This document shows, in pieces, positions 51,900-64,000 of a stretch of DNA of 64,000 nt (position 1 is its first letter; every line of letters begins with the position of its first letter). A program made the translations under genes and the position numbers. The stretch covers positions 19,197,512 through 19,261,511 of the forward strand of contig JARDVH010000130.1 of assembly GCA_030324005.1 (NCBI GenBank), given 5' to 3'. The notes beneath the pieces are model-generated. The model saw only the letters and a list, made by a program, of their open reading frames with translations. It did not search any database and was not told the origin of the DNA. The stretch is from Negaprion brevirostris. Its lineage: Eukaryota.

Positions 51900-53341
51900 G
51901 TTTTTCTCAACTTATAAACTGGTGGATGGGACCAAACAGGCGATATGGGCCATGTTGCCAAGATGATGCTTGGGAGTAAATGATAGACCCACACAGAGCA
52001 GGTCGCAGATGGCGTCTAACAAATGGAAATCAGTTCTCTGCCAAAAATAGAAGGAGGAATCCACCCTCAAGAAGATGCTTGAGGAAAGGGATCTGCCACT
52101 GGCTTGATCTTGAAGATGTGTTGGAACGGGTCCTCAGAAATGATCAAAATGGTTACATTGTCACCAGAAATGCAAACCATGTCTATGCATTTAAGCGTGC
52201 CAAATCAAACTGTATGGCCAGCAAAGGTTTTGGAACAACAGCTACTTGGTGTATCGAATTCTGGAACAGCAATGTCTGATGTTGTGGCAGAAGACAAAGA
52301 TCACTCAGATCAAAATTGATGCTAAAATTGCCAGTTTCCAGAATTCCTTCATCAGACTGAAGCAAAAACAGTGTACCATTAAATCACACCGGCAACATGG
52401 ATGAACTGCCTAGGCATTTTGCTATTCCCAGCAACTGAACTCTGGAGTGGGAAGGTTTGAAAACAGTGCTAGTGAAAATGATGGGATGTGAGAAGGTTAA
52501 ATTCTGTCTGGTACTTGCCTGTGTGGCCAACAGAATAAAATTAAAGCGCGTGGTAATGGTCAAAAGCCAAATCAGATGAAAAATCCATGTGGCTGTTGGA
52601 GTTATGTACAAGTCCATGACAACGATTGGATAGATGAGAATGGAATGAATTTTCTATTAATGATGTGTGGAAATGGCCGATGCAAAGAGTTTAACTTATT
52701 TGTGTAGGACATGTTCAGCTGCTGTATAATCAGTGAGATCAAGATATGCCTGCGAAGGAATAATGCCCACATTACAGTTATACCAGAGGGTCAAGTGTCC
52801 GGAGTTGAACCTTGCGATGTGTGCCTTAACACACTATCCAAGCATAATGTTTGAGCCAAATGGAATCGGTGTTTGGTTGATGGAGAAAAAATCTTCCATA
52901 AAGAGTAGAATGCGTGCTGAGTATTTGATGTTTTGTCATCAAATCATGGGATGCTAATTATGCACAAACTGTCAAATCGTTCAAAAATTGGATGGAAAGG
53001 AATATTTGTTGTGGAGGAGATGCTTCTGAAACAAGAAGTGCCAAATTTGATCCAAAGCAGACCCTTAACATGATGCCGAAGCAAAAGTGGCTCAATGAAT
53101 TTGATGAATTCTGCCCCGAATGCTAAAGACAACAAACTTATTCATCTTAAAACTTTGTGGTTGGAGGTATCCTTGTAAAATTAATTCAAAAAAGTGTCGT
53201 ATTGATCTTATTTCAAAATGACAACCACCTCGACCAACACTGCTGGTTCACGTATCATACTCTGCACACAAGTTGGTTTTCATTTTTGGAAGGGTTTTTT
53301 TGAGGCTTCAGAGGTTGACTTGTATGCTGTGAACTGCAGTA
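51900..53341 (+). mobile_element. Fossil pogo-superfamily (POGK/Passer-like, DD35D) DNA transposon
   Basis: HTH-CENPB-like HWLDLED (ORF 51980-52279); GNMDELPRHFAIPSN*TLEWEGLKTVLVKMMGCEKVKFCLVLACVA from 52391; D2 at 52708 (V*DMF); D3 at 52816 (VIPEG...EPCDVCLN); terminal-like gttgacttgtatgctgtgaactgcagta. Confidence 0.85.
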
Positions 53342-56300
53342 AATTCAAGTCTGCCTTTGGTCCTGAATTTGGATTTATTAAACAAGTTCAGTTTATCTTC
53401 CATTTTGACTTTCATCTTCATAAGAATGCAATAGTTAACAGAATTCCAAATGTTAATTTATTTTTGAAATTCATGAATTAATTTTGCATTGTGGTATTAT
53501 GATAAATTTCCCTTACATTTTTTCAGGTGATCAGACTCTCCACCTCACTGCAGCGTGCCATTCTTGGTAATTAACATGGGGACCATAGAGATGCATAAAT
53601 TTCGCACCTGGCTGCAAAAACACTGGCTAGATTTATAATTGACTACAGTAGAACCAATTCCATCTCAACAGACATCTCTCCGAATAAATACTTCTTCCAG
53701 TCTGAGGATGTTTTATTTGTTTGCTTGTTCAAAGCAGTTGTCATTTTTTTTGCTGCAAGCAGAAATCTTGAGTGAGGCGGATTGACTTGTAGATGAAAGT
53801 TTCATGGGAGAATAGATACTGGCATGAAATGTGCGAAGGCTCCTGTTGGCTAACAGTGTGCAATGATTGCCACACAGCTCAATATTATGCAAGTAGCAGT
53901 GGCTATATATGTGATGGCAAACAAAGTTTGATAATAAAGGCAGAGCAATTGGCCCAGATTACTTGTCACTTTTGGGTTGTGAAGGAAATGGGAGATGACG
54001 TAAATGAAACTTGAGCTGTAGAATTGGGAATCCACATTGTCAAAAGAGCTTTGGAAAGATTGCAAAATGTTTACCTTAATGAAATATTTAAAAACTATTG
54101 AAAAGGAACAGCTGGAAACTGAAGACCAGCCGGTTTGACATCCATTGTTTGGATCCTTCAAAAGTTAATAACAGATCTGAGTTAACATTTCAAGCAACAA
54201 AACATTTAACAGTGGAACCTGGATGGGTTCAGGAAGAAAATGCTACACTGNNNNNNNNNNNNNNNNNTCATCTAGCAAAGTTTTAAATGTGGCATAATAA
54301 CATCACCTCAAAGCCTTACGCTCAATTTCTCTACATTGCCTGTGACCACATCTCAAAATGTTTGAATTGAAACATATTTTATTTAATGTTTGATACAATA
54401 TCTCTTTTTTTAATGATGTTTGAATGGTGAAGCTTTGAGTGTGCCACAAGACTTGTTCTTGCTTTGGTATTTGTGAAACAGGCTGAATACATTTTGACTT
54501 TTCTCTGTTGAAGATACAAGTGTGTTTCAGCATGCCTTCAGGTTTGATTCTGTTCCTACTGTAAAAAGGGTGGCGGGGAGAGAGCTTCCTTTGTGAAAAG
54601 TACTTGCATTTCCAAAATAAATGAAAAGGGCACTGAAATGCTCCAAGTTTAAGATTGGATTCAATGGCAATAAAAAGTTTCTGTGCATCGTTTTAAAGAT
54701 TTGGGAACGAATGCAAGAATTGTGAGCAGACTTAGTAATTTTCTTTCTTTTATATTTCTGTCTTATCAAATACATACGTGTGCTGCATATTAAATCCACG
54801 TTGAAATTAATTACCAAAGCTTGTTTAAAAGCCAAGACTGCTATTGTTATGGCAACTAAAAAGACATTACTGCTGCATTCTGTACTGAGTAGAATGTAGT
54901 TGCACCAAGGCTCAATAAGGGTTTGGTTGCTGTTTCAGAGCTGCATTATCACAAAAGCAAACAATCATTTACCTGTTATTGCAGCAGTGATGAGATTATG
55001 CTTGTTAATACTTAGTTTGCTTAATTTTTCTTTGCGAAAAAATGGAAATTAATCATGACGTTGAAAGTTGAAATTCATCAGCCACTTCTGATGATCAGAA
55101 ACTTTTGGGGTTAATTGTATTAGTTCTTGTTTTACGGAGTGTTAGGATGGAGACATTATTGGAAATTCTTCTCCTGGTCTGTCTTATTTTTGTCACCACC
55201 TGGGATGATGCACAGGAACAGGTTAAAACCATTCTGGTTAGGCACCTCTTATCTCCCTATCTCCTGAGACAATTTATGATGGTTAATAAATAAAGTTAAT
55301 TTTGTCGGCTGATCCTTTCAAAAAAAAACTAGCAGTCTGAACTGTGCGAAATAGATCCCCTTTTGCCTTCATTAAAGGGAAGGTGAAGGCCAAGTTCTTA
55401 ATAATTATATATATTTTCACTTGTAGCTTGGAGCATGTTTTTGTACTTAATGCACAGAGATTCAATTTCTGCAAGGATAGTGAGTAATTAGTGGGGCAGT
55501 TGGAATAAAGTTACACAAGCTTTACAGAGCAGAAAAATTATTAATGCATGGAGTATATTATCGTTTATTGCAAATATGTCACACTTGACCTTCCACTTAA
55601 GTGTTGGCGAAGAAACAAAATATTTAGTTGATAAAACCATGTTTGAAATGACTCCTTCACACCAGTCTTAGATTTGAAATGTAAATTTTTTTATCAGTCC
55701 CTTGTTAGTTATTTGTGCTCATTTCAAGGTGAGGGATATGTTCTGCTCTTGCAGGCTTTTCTGCTTCCCTGGATGTGAGTTTAAGTGTTGGAACCAAAAT
55801 GTTTAAATTTAAAATGATCAGGCATGTATCAACACATGGCTGGCATTTTCTGACCGTTTCTGCCGATGGGATTTTCCCATCCTGTTGCAGTGAACAGAGA
55901 TTTGGCTTGTCACCAAATTGTCTGCCTCCGCTGCAGCAGGTGAGCTGTGAGGCATAGTGGTAAGATTGCACCCAAAAACTTTGGAACTGTTTTTGAGTTT
56001 ATTTGTGATGAGTTGAAGAAGCTTCAAGTTGTGAGTTTGATGTGTTGTTTGGCACTAGATCTGAACTGGAATGGAGCTACAAAATAAATGTTAAGCTTCC
56101 TACTAAAGGGGCACATGAGCAGAAGGAAATATATCTCATCAAGAATCCGATGAAAAACGTGTNNNNNNNNNNNNNNNNNNNNNNNNNNNNNNNNNNNNNN
56201 NNNNNNNNNNNNNNNNNNNNNNNNNNNNNNNNNNNNNNNNNNNNNNNNNNNNNNNNNNNNNNNNNNNNNNNNNNNNNNNNNNNNNNNNNNNNNNNNNNNN

Positions 56301-56479
56301 NNNNNNNNNNNNNNNNNNNNNNNNNNNNNNNNNNNNNNNNNNNNNNNNNNNNNNNNNNNNNNNNNNNNNNNNNNNNNNNNNNNNNNNNNNNNNNNNNNNN
56401 NNNNNNNNNNNNNNNNNAGAGTTACAGAACAAACGTGACAATCTTACCTTAAAACTCACCGTCCTTCAGCTAGAATAAA

Positions 56480-56850
56480 GGAGGCAGTGGCGCAGTGGTA
56501 TAGTCACAGGACTAGTAATCCAGAGACACAGGCAAGATCTGGAGTTCAAATCCCACCATGGCAGATGGTGAAGTTTGATTTCAGTAAAAATATAGAATTA
56601 AAAGAAAGTCTAATGATGACCATGAAACCATTGTCAATTGTTGTTTTAAAAAAAAATCAATCTGGTTCACTAATGTCCTTTAGGGAGGGAAATCTGCCAT
56701 TCATATTTGATGATGGCCTACGTGTGACTCCAGACCCACAGCAATGTGGTTGACTTTTAAATGCCCTGTGAAATGGAGGGCAGTTAGGGATGGGCAATAA
56801 ATGCTGGCCCAGCCACCAGCACCCAAATTCTGTGAAAGAATTAGAAAAAA
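56480..56850 (+). mobile_element. Full-length tRNA-derived SINE sharing its 3' tail with a CR1-group LINE
   Basis: A box gtggcgcagtggta, B box gagttcaaatccc, tail gggcagttagggatgggcaataaatgctggcc. Further copies at 58250-58545 (-) and 40030-40200 (+). Confidence 0.8.
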
Positions 56851-57444
56851 ATAGAATTGAATTGGGTGCATTAATTTGAAATTATTCTTTTCAGTTAGAT
56901 TGCAGTGGCATAAAAAGTTTCTGAAAATAGTTCATTTGTTTGACATGACAGGAAAGGTTCACTATGCTCATCAGTCACTGATGGTTAGCATAAACAGAGG
57001 GCACTTCGGTTTATATATAATCATTAAGTGAAATGACACACTCAGTGAGCAAGTATAACTACAGGTTTTTTTTTAAACAACAAAAATACTTTGTCTAATT
57101 TTCAGGATATAGAATAGAGCAAACTAAGGAAACCAGGCCATTAATGATGTTCCCTGTGGTCAGTTCTCTCATTAAAAGTAACACCCCATATTATCATTTC
57201 CTCTCGTTTGGATTGTCTGCAGGGTGTGCCAGTTGGAAGGCTCATCAATTGTGGTTGGCCTCCCTGGTCTGTTCATGATGCAAAGAAGTGCAAGATTTTT
57301 TAAAAACTTGGCAAAATGGGGGAAAGAATCTGACTTCAACTTCATGCTATTCAGAGATTAGTATCCACACTGGTCCCAAATTCCTCCCATCTTTACCACC
57401 ATCCCCTTGCTGAGTATTTATATCTGTTCCAATGTTGCAGAAAA

Positions 57445-57760
57445 TTGAATCATACAATCTCTGCAGTGCAGGAGGAGGCCATTTGGCCCACTGAGCCTGC
57501 ACTGACAATAATCCCACCCAGTCCCTATCTATGTAATCTCATTTATCCTCCTAATCCCCCGACACTAAGCGACAATTTAGCAAAGACAATCAACCTAACC
57601 TGCACATCTTTGGACTGTGGGAGGAAACCATGCATCCAGAGGAAACCCACGCAGACACAAGAAGAAGATGCAAACTCCACATAGACAGTGACCCGGGGCT
57701 GGAATTGAACCCAGGTCCCTGGCACCGAGAAGCAGCAGAGCTAACCACTGTGCTGCCCTT
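57445..57760 (-). mobile_element. HE1/V-SINE-like SINE, near full length
   Basis: Head gggcagcacagtggttagctctgctgcttctc...ctgggttcaattcc, core, and CR1-type tail. Confidence 0.8.
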
Positions 57761-58554
57761 GTTCAGTTTATGTTTGGACCTTTCAATCTGGTCTGCAACA
57801 TCTGCATCGGGATAGCACGGGTTTGTAAAAGAGGAGTTTTTATTTATAAAGATAGGCACGCTGAATGTTTTTGAGTACTTGACAAAATGGGAAAAATAAA
57901 GTGGGACAGTCACTAAGCCATGGAAAGAGACATTAGAATGAAAGACCAAAAGCTTGACAGTAAACGTGTTTTGTGCTTTTTTTTTAAAGTTAGCAAGAAA
58001 GGTTGAAAACTTCAACAGGATCATGAGGCAAAGATAATCCAAAGTTTTACCTCCGATGAAATGTTCAAAAGAAATGCACAAAAGTCTGAATCATAAAATT
58101 CAGAGGTGGAGAGGAAAAAGAAAGCTGGAGGTTGGAGGAGAGGGATAATACTTTTTTTAATGCAGACAATGATTTTCGATGGAATACTTCAGATTGGAAA
58201 TGAGCATAGGTTAGCAAAGACAAAGTGGTGAGTGAATGAGACTGGTATTTTTTTTCTCCTTTCATGAGATATGGGCATTGCTGGCAAGGCCAGCATTTAC
58301 TCATCCCTAATTAGTCTTTGAACTTAGTGGCTTGCTAAGCCACTTCAGAGGGCAGTTAAAATTCAACTACATTGCTCTGGAGTCACATGTCAGCCAGACC
58401 AAGTAAGGATGGGAGATTTCTTTCCCTAAGGGACATTTAGTGAACCAGATAGATTTTTTTACAGCATGTGATGTTTCTAAGATTAACTTTATGTTCCTAT
58501 TTTATTAATTAAATTTGATTTTAGATGCCATTGTGGGATTTGCACCCAAACACA

Positions 58555-58735
58555 TGAAACAACCTTCCTCTCACTTGCCACTTGAACGCACCATCTGACT
58601 GTCATGCCCGCATGTTTCAATGTTCTAGTGAAGCCCAACGCAAACTGGAGGAACAGCACCTTATTTTCCAATTAGGCACTTTATAGCCTCCGGGATTTAA
58701 TGTTGAGTTCGACAAGTTCAGATCATGAACTCCCT
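58555..58735 (+). mobile_element. Penelope-like element fragment (GIY-YIG C-terminal region)
   Basis: Translates as AQRKLEEQHLIFQLGTL*PPGFNVEF, resembling the Penelope endonuclease C-terminus. Confidence 0.75.
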
Positions 58736-58799
58736 CCCTCCACTGTCACCCCATTTTCACCAATTTATATTATTTATTTTCATTTCTTCTACTATTTTA

Positions 58800-59170
58800 A
58801 TTTCCTAGTGACTCATCTTAAACTAATTGGTCTATAGTTTGCTACATTTCCTCACTCCCTTTTTCAATAAGGGTGTTAGATTAGCATTTTTCCAATTCAT
58901 TGGAACCTTTTCTGCATCCAGGGAATTTTGGTATATTGTAACCAATGGATCCACTATCTCCAACGCCACCCGCCTTTTAAGACCCTAGGATGTAGGCTGC
59001 CAAGCCCTGTGGATTTGCCTTGCTTCAATTCCAGCAGTTAGCTCAGTACTTTTTCCCTGATGACCATGGTCATTCTAAGTTTCTTCCTTTCTATAATCTC
59101 TGCATTTTGTTATTGGGATGGTACTCATATCCTCCAGTTTGAAAATTGAGGCAAAATGTTAATTTAGCCT
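58800..59170 (-). mobile_element. CR1 LINE fragment
   Basis: Reverse complement gives a KS(P)G.D.LHPRVLK remnant (ttttaagaccctaggatgtagg). Confidence 0.7.
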
Positions 59171-59899
59171 TTGGGTTGTTTTACTATATTTAAGGCGTTT
59201 TATTACTATAGGTTGTCGCTGAATCTGAACAGTGGTCTTTGAAAGAGAGGGACATCAATCTGGAAGGTGCCAACGTGTCAGCTTCTTCCTTTAAGTTCTC
59301 TGAGTTAACTAGTGTGTTGAGTTTTAAATGTGATCACTGTGCTCTTAGGAGGGAATGCATGCATTTGCAAGTGGAAGAAAACTAGTAAGAAGGAGGTATA
59401 GAAGGGATGAAGTTGCAAGCAAAGATTTGAGAAACACAAACTTTATCATTTCATCAGAGGAATACTTGGGAGGTTTGAGATGGTGGAGGACACAGGAAGC
59501 TTCTAGAAGCTTTNNNNNNNNNNAGTATTGACAGAAGCCAAGAATATTTAACAAAGTCAGCCCAGTTAGAGTAGAAGACAGAAATTTAAATTAATGAGAA
59601 GTAAATTTAAAACCTGTGTTACAAAGCATTTGTTGAATCATAATATTTGGAACAATTTCCAAGTAAGGTGGTCGAGGAAGATAAGTAATTCAGTGTTTAT
59701 CTGAGAATTTGAAACAGACCACTGGCGAGGTCCAGACTGTTATTGCACTCCATCTCAATTCCCAATGTGCAATTAGTTGTAATTAATCAGTTCCTTTAGT
59801 TCCCTTCTGCCTTCAGCACAGAGTATAAAATGCAAAGCTCAGCTTGGCAGCAGATATATAGGGAACTTATTTTTATAATGTAAGGTAAGGTTGGAGAGG

Positions 59900-61010
59900 A
59901 GAGAGGTCCAGGTTTCTAAATGCTTTGATGAATTGACGATGAAGATATCAGAAGGTCATTTTTGTTTGAGTTCAACGCAGTATTGAAGGGCATATGAGTA
60001 CAAAATGTACAGGTCTGGTCGATGACCTATGCACTATAATAGGTCCTCCCTTGGGAATGAGGCTACCAGTCTTTAGTAAATTTAGTCTATTAAGACACAA
60101 ACTTGTATTTATAATGTGCCATGTCACATCCTCAGGACAAACTCTCACATTTCATAACTATTCAACTCTTTTTCAAGTGCAGTTTTATTGACTTTGCTGA
60201 GGAAGTCTGGAATAATAGTTCTGTCAACTGTACTGGAGAGGGGGTGTGGCCCTTAGCACAAAGTTGTCTTTGATTTGACATAAATTGGAAATCTCACTCA
60301 TGCAGGTCACATGCTGGCTGCTGTGAAGTTTCTTTGAGAGTGGTGTAAGTATTTGGTATCCATTGTTTGAAAATTAAATCTCTCCTGCATGATGTTGACA
60401 GGTGTTTACGCCAAACAGCTACGCTTTGGTTTGCTTGTATGGTGAATAATTTGTAAATGTATGATACGGGCACATGGAGCGGTGTAAGACATTGGCTGAC
60501 TAACACTGCGCTGAAGAAAAGCTTTAGAAAGTGGCAAATAAAATGGGAAGTGGGTGTGGAGTTGGTAAGAAAGTTCTCCAGGGTTCAGAAGCAACGGACA
60601 CATTCCAAAGTAGCAGTTGTTGTAGCATTCACTCAAGTTTTGATGGTACATCTTCTCGTCTGCAGGGAGTGATATTGGCTTCATTTTTAAACCCGCATTC
60701 TGCTTTGCACCAATGAAAAAGCATCTTGTGTAAAGCTTGAAAACCAATCCATTTCTGATTTTCTTTCTTAACAGAAGATTGTGATCTGTCTGATTAGCTT
60801 CCTTGATGCTCTTGTCCCATTTAGATTTGCCAGACTGTCAGCAGCTAATAGACAATGTCTTCTGCTGCATTGTCATTTGCGAGGTAGCTGATTACTTACT
60901 GATAAAAAATACAGGTTTTGCTAACATAGAATGGAAGCTCAGGACAGGAAGGCACAGAGAGCACTTGGGGCTTTGTGAGCAACCTGGAGTCTGTTGTCTG
61001 AGTTGCTGAT
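59900..61010 (-). mobile_element. Possible highly decayed Gypsy/LTR pol remnant
   Basis: Minus-strand fragments LTKPQVLSVP...LPFYV (RT-RNaseH linker-like), YHQNL, GP.IV and LHRQFIKAF (integrase C-terminus-like) occur in the expected order. Weak similarity. Confidence 0.3.
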
Positions 61011-61364
61011 TATGGAGGACAAGGATTCAGAAAAGTGGGTGGTGATGTATTACTCTCAAGTATGTCTCCCTCTCGGAACTCAGTATATTTCTTTTCTATT
61101 GATCACTTCTTTCCGTGGCATTGTGCATCTATTTGCAATTTACAGTATTAACCCGCGTTGATGAAATTATTGAACATGTTTTCTTCTCGTCTCTTGTGGG
61201 GTGGTTGGAGAATTGCTGTGTTTTTCATAAGTTGCAGGTGATTCAAAGTATGAAGTTAGGTTTTAACTAGGGTGATATGTAACTTTTTTCTTGCATCTGA
61301 AGCCTTGAATTGTGTTGTTCAGCACTATACCTTCTCAAGGAAAGGAATATACTTGGGAGGGTTA

Positions 61365-61597
61365 CTAACATTAAAAGCGGAGGCGTTTAGAGTAGCTAAG
61401 AGTAGTGGGCGAGAAGAGGATTGGNNNNNNNNNNNNNNNNNNNNNNNNNNNNNNNNNNNNNNNNNNNNNNNNNNNNNNNNNNNNNNNNNNNNNNNNNNNN
61501 NNNNNNNNNNNNNNNNNNNNNNNNATCTTATTGAATGGCGGGGCAGGCTCGAAGGGCTAGATGGCCTACTCCTGCTCCTATTTCTTATGTTCTTATG
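61365..61597 (+). mobile_element. Young CR1 LINE whose interior is collapsed into a 100-N gap
   Basis: Left flank LKAEAFRVAKSSGREEDW (CR1 ORF2 linker); right flank is an intact CR1 3' tail. Confidence 0.85.
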
Positions 61598-61899
61598 GTG
61601 GTTGAGAGTCCTAGATCTGTACACAACTGCAGGTGTGGTTTCAAAAAAAAGCTACTTGTACTTGCATTTACTAAACACTTTTGCGTAAAATATGTCCCAT
61701 AGTGCTTCACAGTGGGGAAGTAGAAGATGAGCAACAGATGACCAAAAGAATATTGGAAACATTGTGATGAGGCTCTTTAAGGCCAAGGGCCCAAGCACTT
61801 CTCTTCAGAACTTAGGCAGATGCTTAAGAATGTGAAAATTTATTCTTGTACAGCTGCAGTTAGAATATAAAGTTGCAAATAAGTTTTAAAAAAAATTGC

Positions 61900-62285
61900 C
61901 AGAATAGACACTGTTTCTTGCAAATCTATCGCCCAAAAAAAAAAGAAAGATGAATTAGGCATTGCAGATCTCAAAGCCAGCCTTGGATGATATCCCAAGT
62001 TTATGAAAAGAAACAAATTTTAACTGTGACAGAAGACCAAAATTTCACAGCAGAACGTGATAATGGACACATTTGCATTTTAATAGTTATTAATTAAATA
62101 TAGACAACATAATAGTTTATAATGAGATATACACAAAAGAATAGATACTGATTAGCTTGCATTGGAAACATGGATGTGATGCCCATGAACGTTGACGTGC
62201 CAGCAAGTCAAATGATGATTAAAGTCAAAGAGAAAACCATGTTAGTGAAGACAATTGGCCTTGAAAGAAACTATTACATGTATTT
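61900..62285 (+). mobile_element. Second pogo/POGK-like transposase fragment
   Basis: DLKASLG*YPKFMKRN and IGNMDVMPMNVDVPASQMMIKVKEKTMLVKTIGLERNYY (from 62161). Confidence 0.8.
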
Positions 62286-62549
62286 GCATTTATGGCCTTT
62301 TTTGATGAATTTGAGAAATCTTATGAATTTAGTGTGTAAAAATTAATGTTTCTAATCTCTGGATCTATTCATAAATGGAAATTCAATAATAAAATTACTT
62401 TTTGGCTCCTTCTGTGCTACTTTTGGTGTGGTGTTGGTAGGAACAGTCTGTAAACTGGTAACTCTGACTTGGTGAGACAACGGCACAGGGGAATTTTAAC
62501 ACCTCAAATGTTACTTGTGTAAAAGTCAATCCTCTACTTTTTGACTAAA

Positions 62550-63065
62550 GATTTAGTCTGAGAAACTGTACTTTTACATGAGTATATATGGTATGCAGGT
62601 AATTTTATGAAAAGGGTCACAGAGACCAGTGAACTGAAGTGATTGGGATTCACCGAAGGCTAGAGATTGCAAGACTGAGACCGAAGGCTGGGCAAGGAAA
62701 TGCAAATTTTGTGTTAAGTCTGTGATGAGACACAAGGAACGGTGGAAACCAAGCATAATGGGTGGGAGGGATTTCATGCAAGTTAGTACTTTGGCCTTTT
62801 GAATTTTGGAAAAGATGGCATTTAAGCAAGTTCAATCTCAAGGCCAGAAGGGCATTGGAAGATTTGAGTTCAAATGTATTGAAATTAGAGCTAAGACTTT
62901 GACTGGAAAGACCAGCCGGAGTTGAGCTATGTTGTCATGGTTAAATTCACGGAAGCTGTTCAGCTATGAAGCTCAACTCCAATTCAAGCTGGGCATTGAG
63001 TTTTTATACCATCTAGTTGCATCTGAATGAGCAGCTTGGAAGGGAGATACAATGAGAGACTTGTA
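62550..63065 (-). mobile_element. Decayed L2 LINE fragment
   Basis: Homologous in reverse to 16400-16900, including the cagctcaactc YADD-QL region remnant. Confidence 0.5.
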
Positions 63066-64000
63066 AATGGAGCTTTATGAGATGGCTTTGCCTACCATGT
63101 TTCTGGGACTGTTTGCTGTGATAACCGAGGGAAATTTTTACTTTATATTAAAGCTATGTTGTCTGGACTCAGATTATTTGAAACGAAACACTGACCTATT
63201 CCATATCTTTAATCAGCATCTGTGGGAAGAATGAGACAAGTTAATGTAATTAATGTTTGCTGCCTCCAGCTTTGTTCTGCTTTATTCTAAATGCAGGTGC
63301 TTTCAGATTTATATAATTAGAATTTTAACTTTGAAGACCATATGGTCTGTGGCTTTGATCACATTTCTTGTTCTTCACAGTAAAGCTTTTCTTCTAAAAG
63401 TTTGCAAGAAAATAGTCTAACCTTCCCCATCACTTGTTGAAATTCAGAGTACAGAGTGAGTTAGCTCTTTGCCCCCTTTTCCCGACCTCTAAATGATTTA
63501 AAGTGATCATCCTTTTTGGTGACATTCGCTCCACTGTATTCGGCAAAAGTGACACTTCATACAGACTAAATGTTTGAACGGTAATATTGAAGAGCAGCAG
63601 TATTTTTGTGTTCTGGGCTGAGACCAAGTATCCATGCAGTCATTTGCTGGTTGCGCCAACCAATGCAACATCTACATGTGTGGCCACTCTGTCAGCCCTC
63701 TCCTCCTGTAAAGGAGCCATATCTACGGAATTGTCCCAAACCACCTCTGGTTGGATACCTCAATGCAATGCCTCAACAAATCTCAGTGCTTAAAGATTTA
63801 TTTTTGTTTTGCACAACAAACCCTATGGTGAATAATCTAAGCCAATCATTTCTCCACTTAACTGATAGATAATTACAAAAGATGTTATTGAATTATCTAT
63901 GCTTGCTCAAGACATGTCAAACTTTCAAATGATGGCTTCCTGTCACCAGTCCAGGGAATCAATGTTTCCACGTCAAGAGTGAAAACATGGCGACCCAGGA

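Noticed and set aside
53527-53566. Possible cryptic exon (tttttttcag|GTGATCAG...CTTG|gtaatt)
   Set aside because: The 40-nt translation has no resemblance to the expected next TBC1D22 exon (...IEAD.(F/Y)WCMSKLLDGIQ). That exon was not found and is presumably beyond 64000.
56480-56560. tRNA-like A/B boxes
   Set aside because: They are SINE heads continuing into SINE core and tail, not tRNA genes.
1072-63872. Numerous 60-190 aa ORFs in the six-frame track
   Set aside because: They are chance ORFs, gap read-throughs or transposon remnants. Only 29261-29455 overlaps a real exon.
1-64000. Prokaryotic-type systems (CRISPR arrays, operons, defence systems)
   Set aside because: No repeat-spacer arrays or gene-dense regions. 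The sequence is spliceosomal-intron-containing vertebrate DNA.

Overview
Vertebrate genomic DNA, AT-rich, with several N gaps. The repeat landscape (CR1, L2 and Rex1-like LINEs, HE1/V-SINE-like and Deu-like SINEs, Penelope fragments) points to a cartilaginous fish; this is inferred. The window lies inside one large-intron + strand gene encoding a Gyp1-type TBC-domain Rab-GAP, most like TBC1D22A. Five coding exons with canonical splice sites are visible: 14165-14235, 25656-25784, 27082-27144, 29339-29404 and 47040-47154. The gene start and end lie outside the window. Main finding: the exon carrying the catalytic IxxDxxR arginine finger is present as two tandem homologous phase-0 copies. One is TBC1D22A-type (IAIDIPRMTPESLILQPKVKE) and one is TBC1D22B/Gyp1-type (IHIDIPRTNPLIPLFQQASVQK), so they are a candidate mutually exclusive exon pair. 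The 2.2-kb intron between them holds a perfect 15-bp long-range reverse complement plus a nested 15/18 stem, and there are weaker competing partners on either side. This suggests a splicing switch controlled by RNA structure. The remainder is intronic, mostly decayed transposons, including two pogo transposase fossils (one with DD35D spacing). Homolog sequences used for comparison are recalled from memory; no database search was run.
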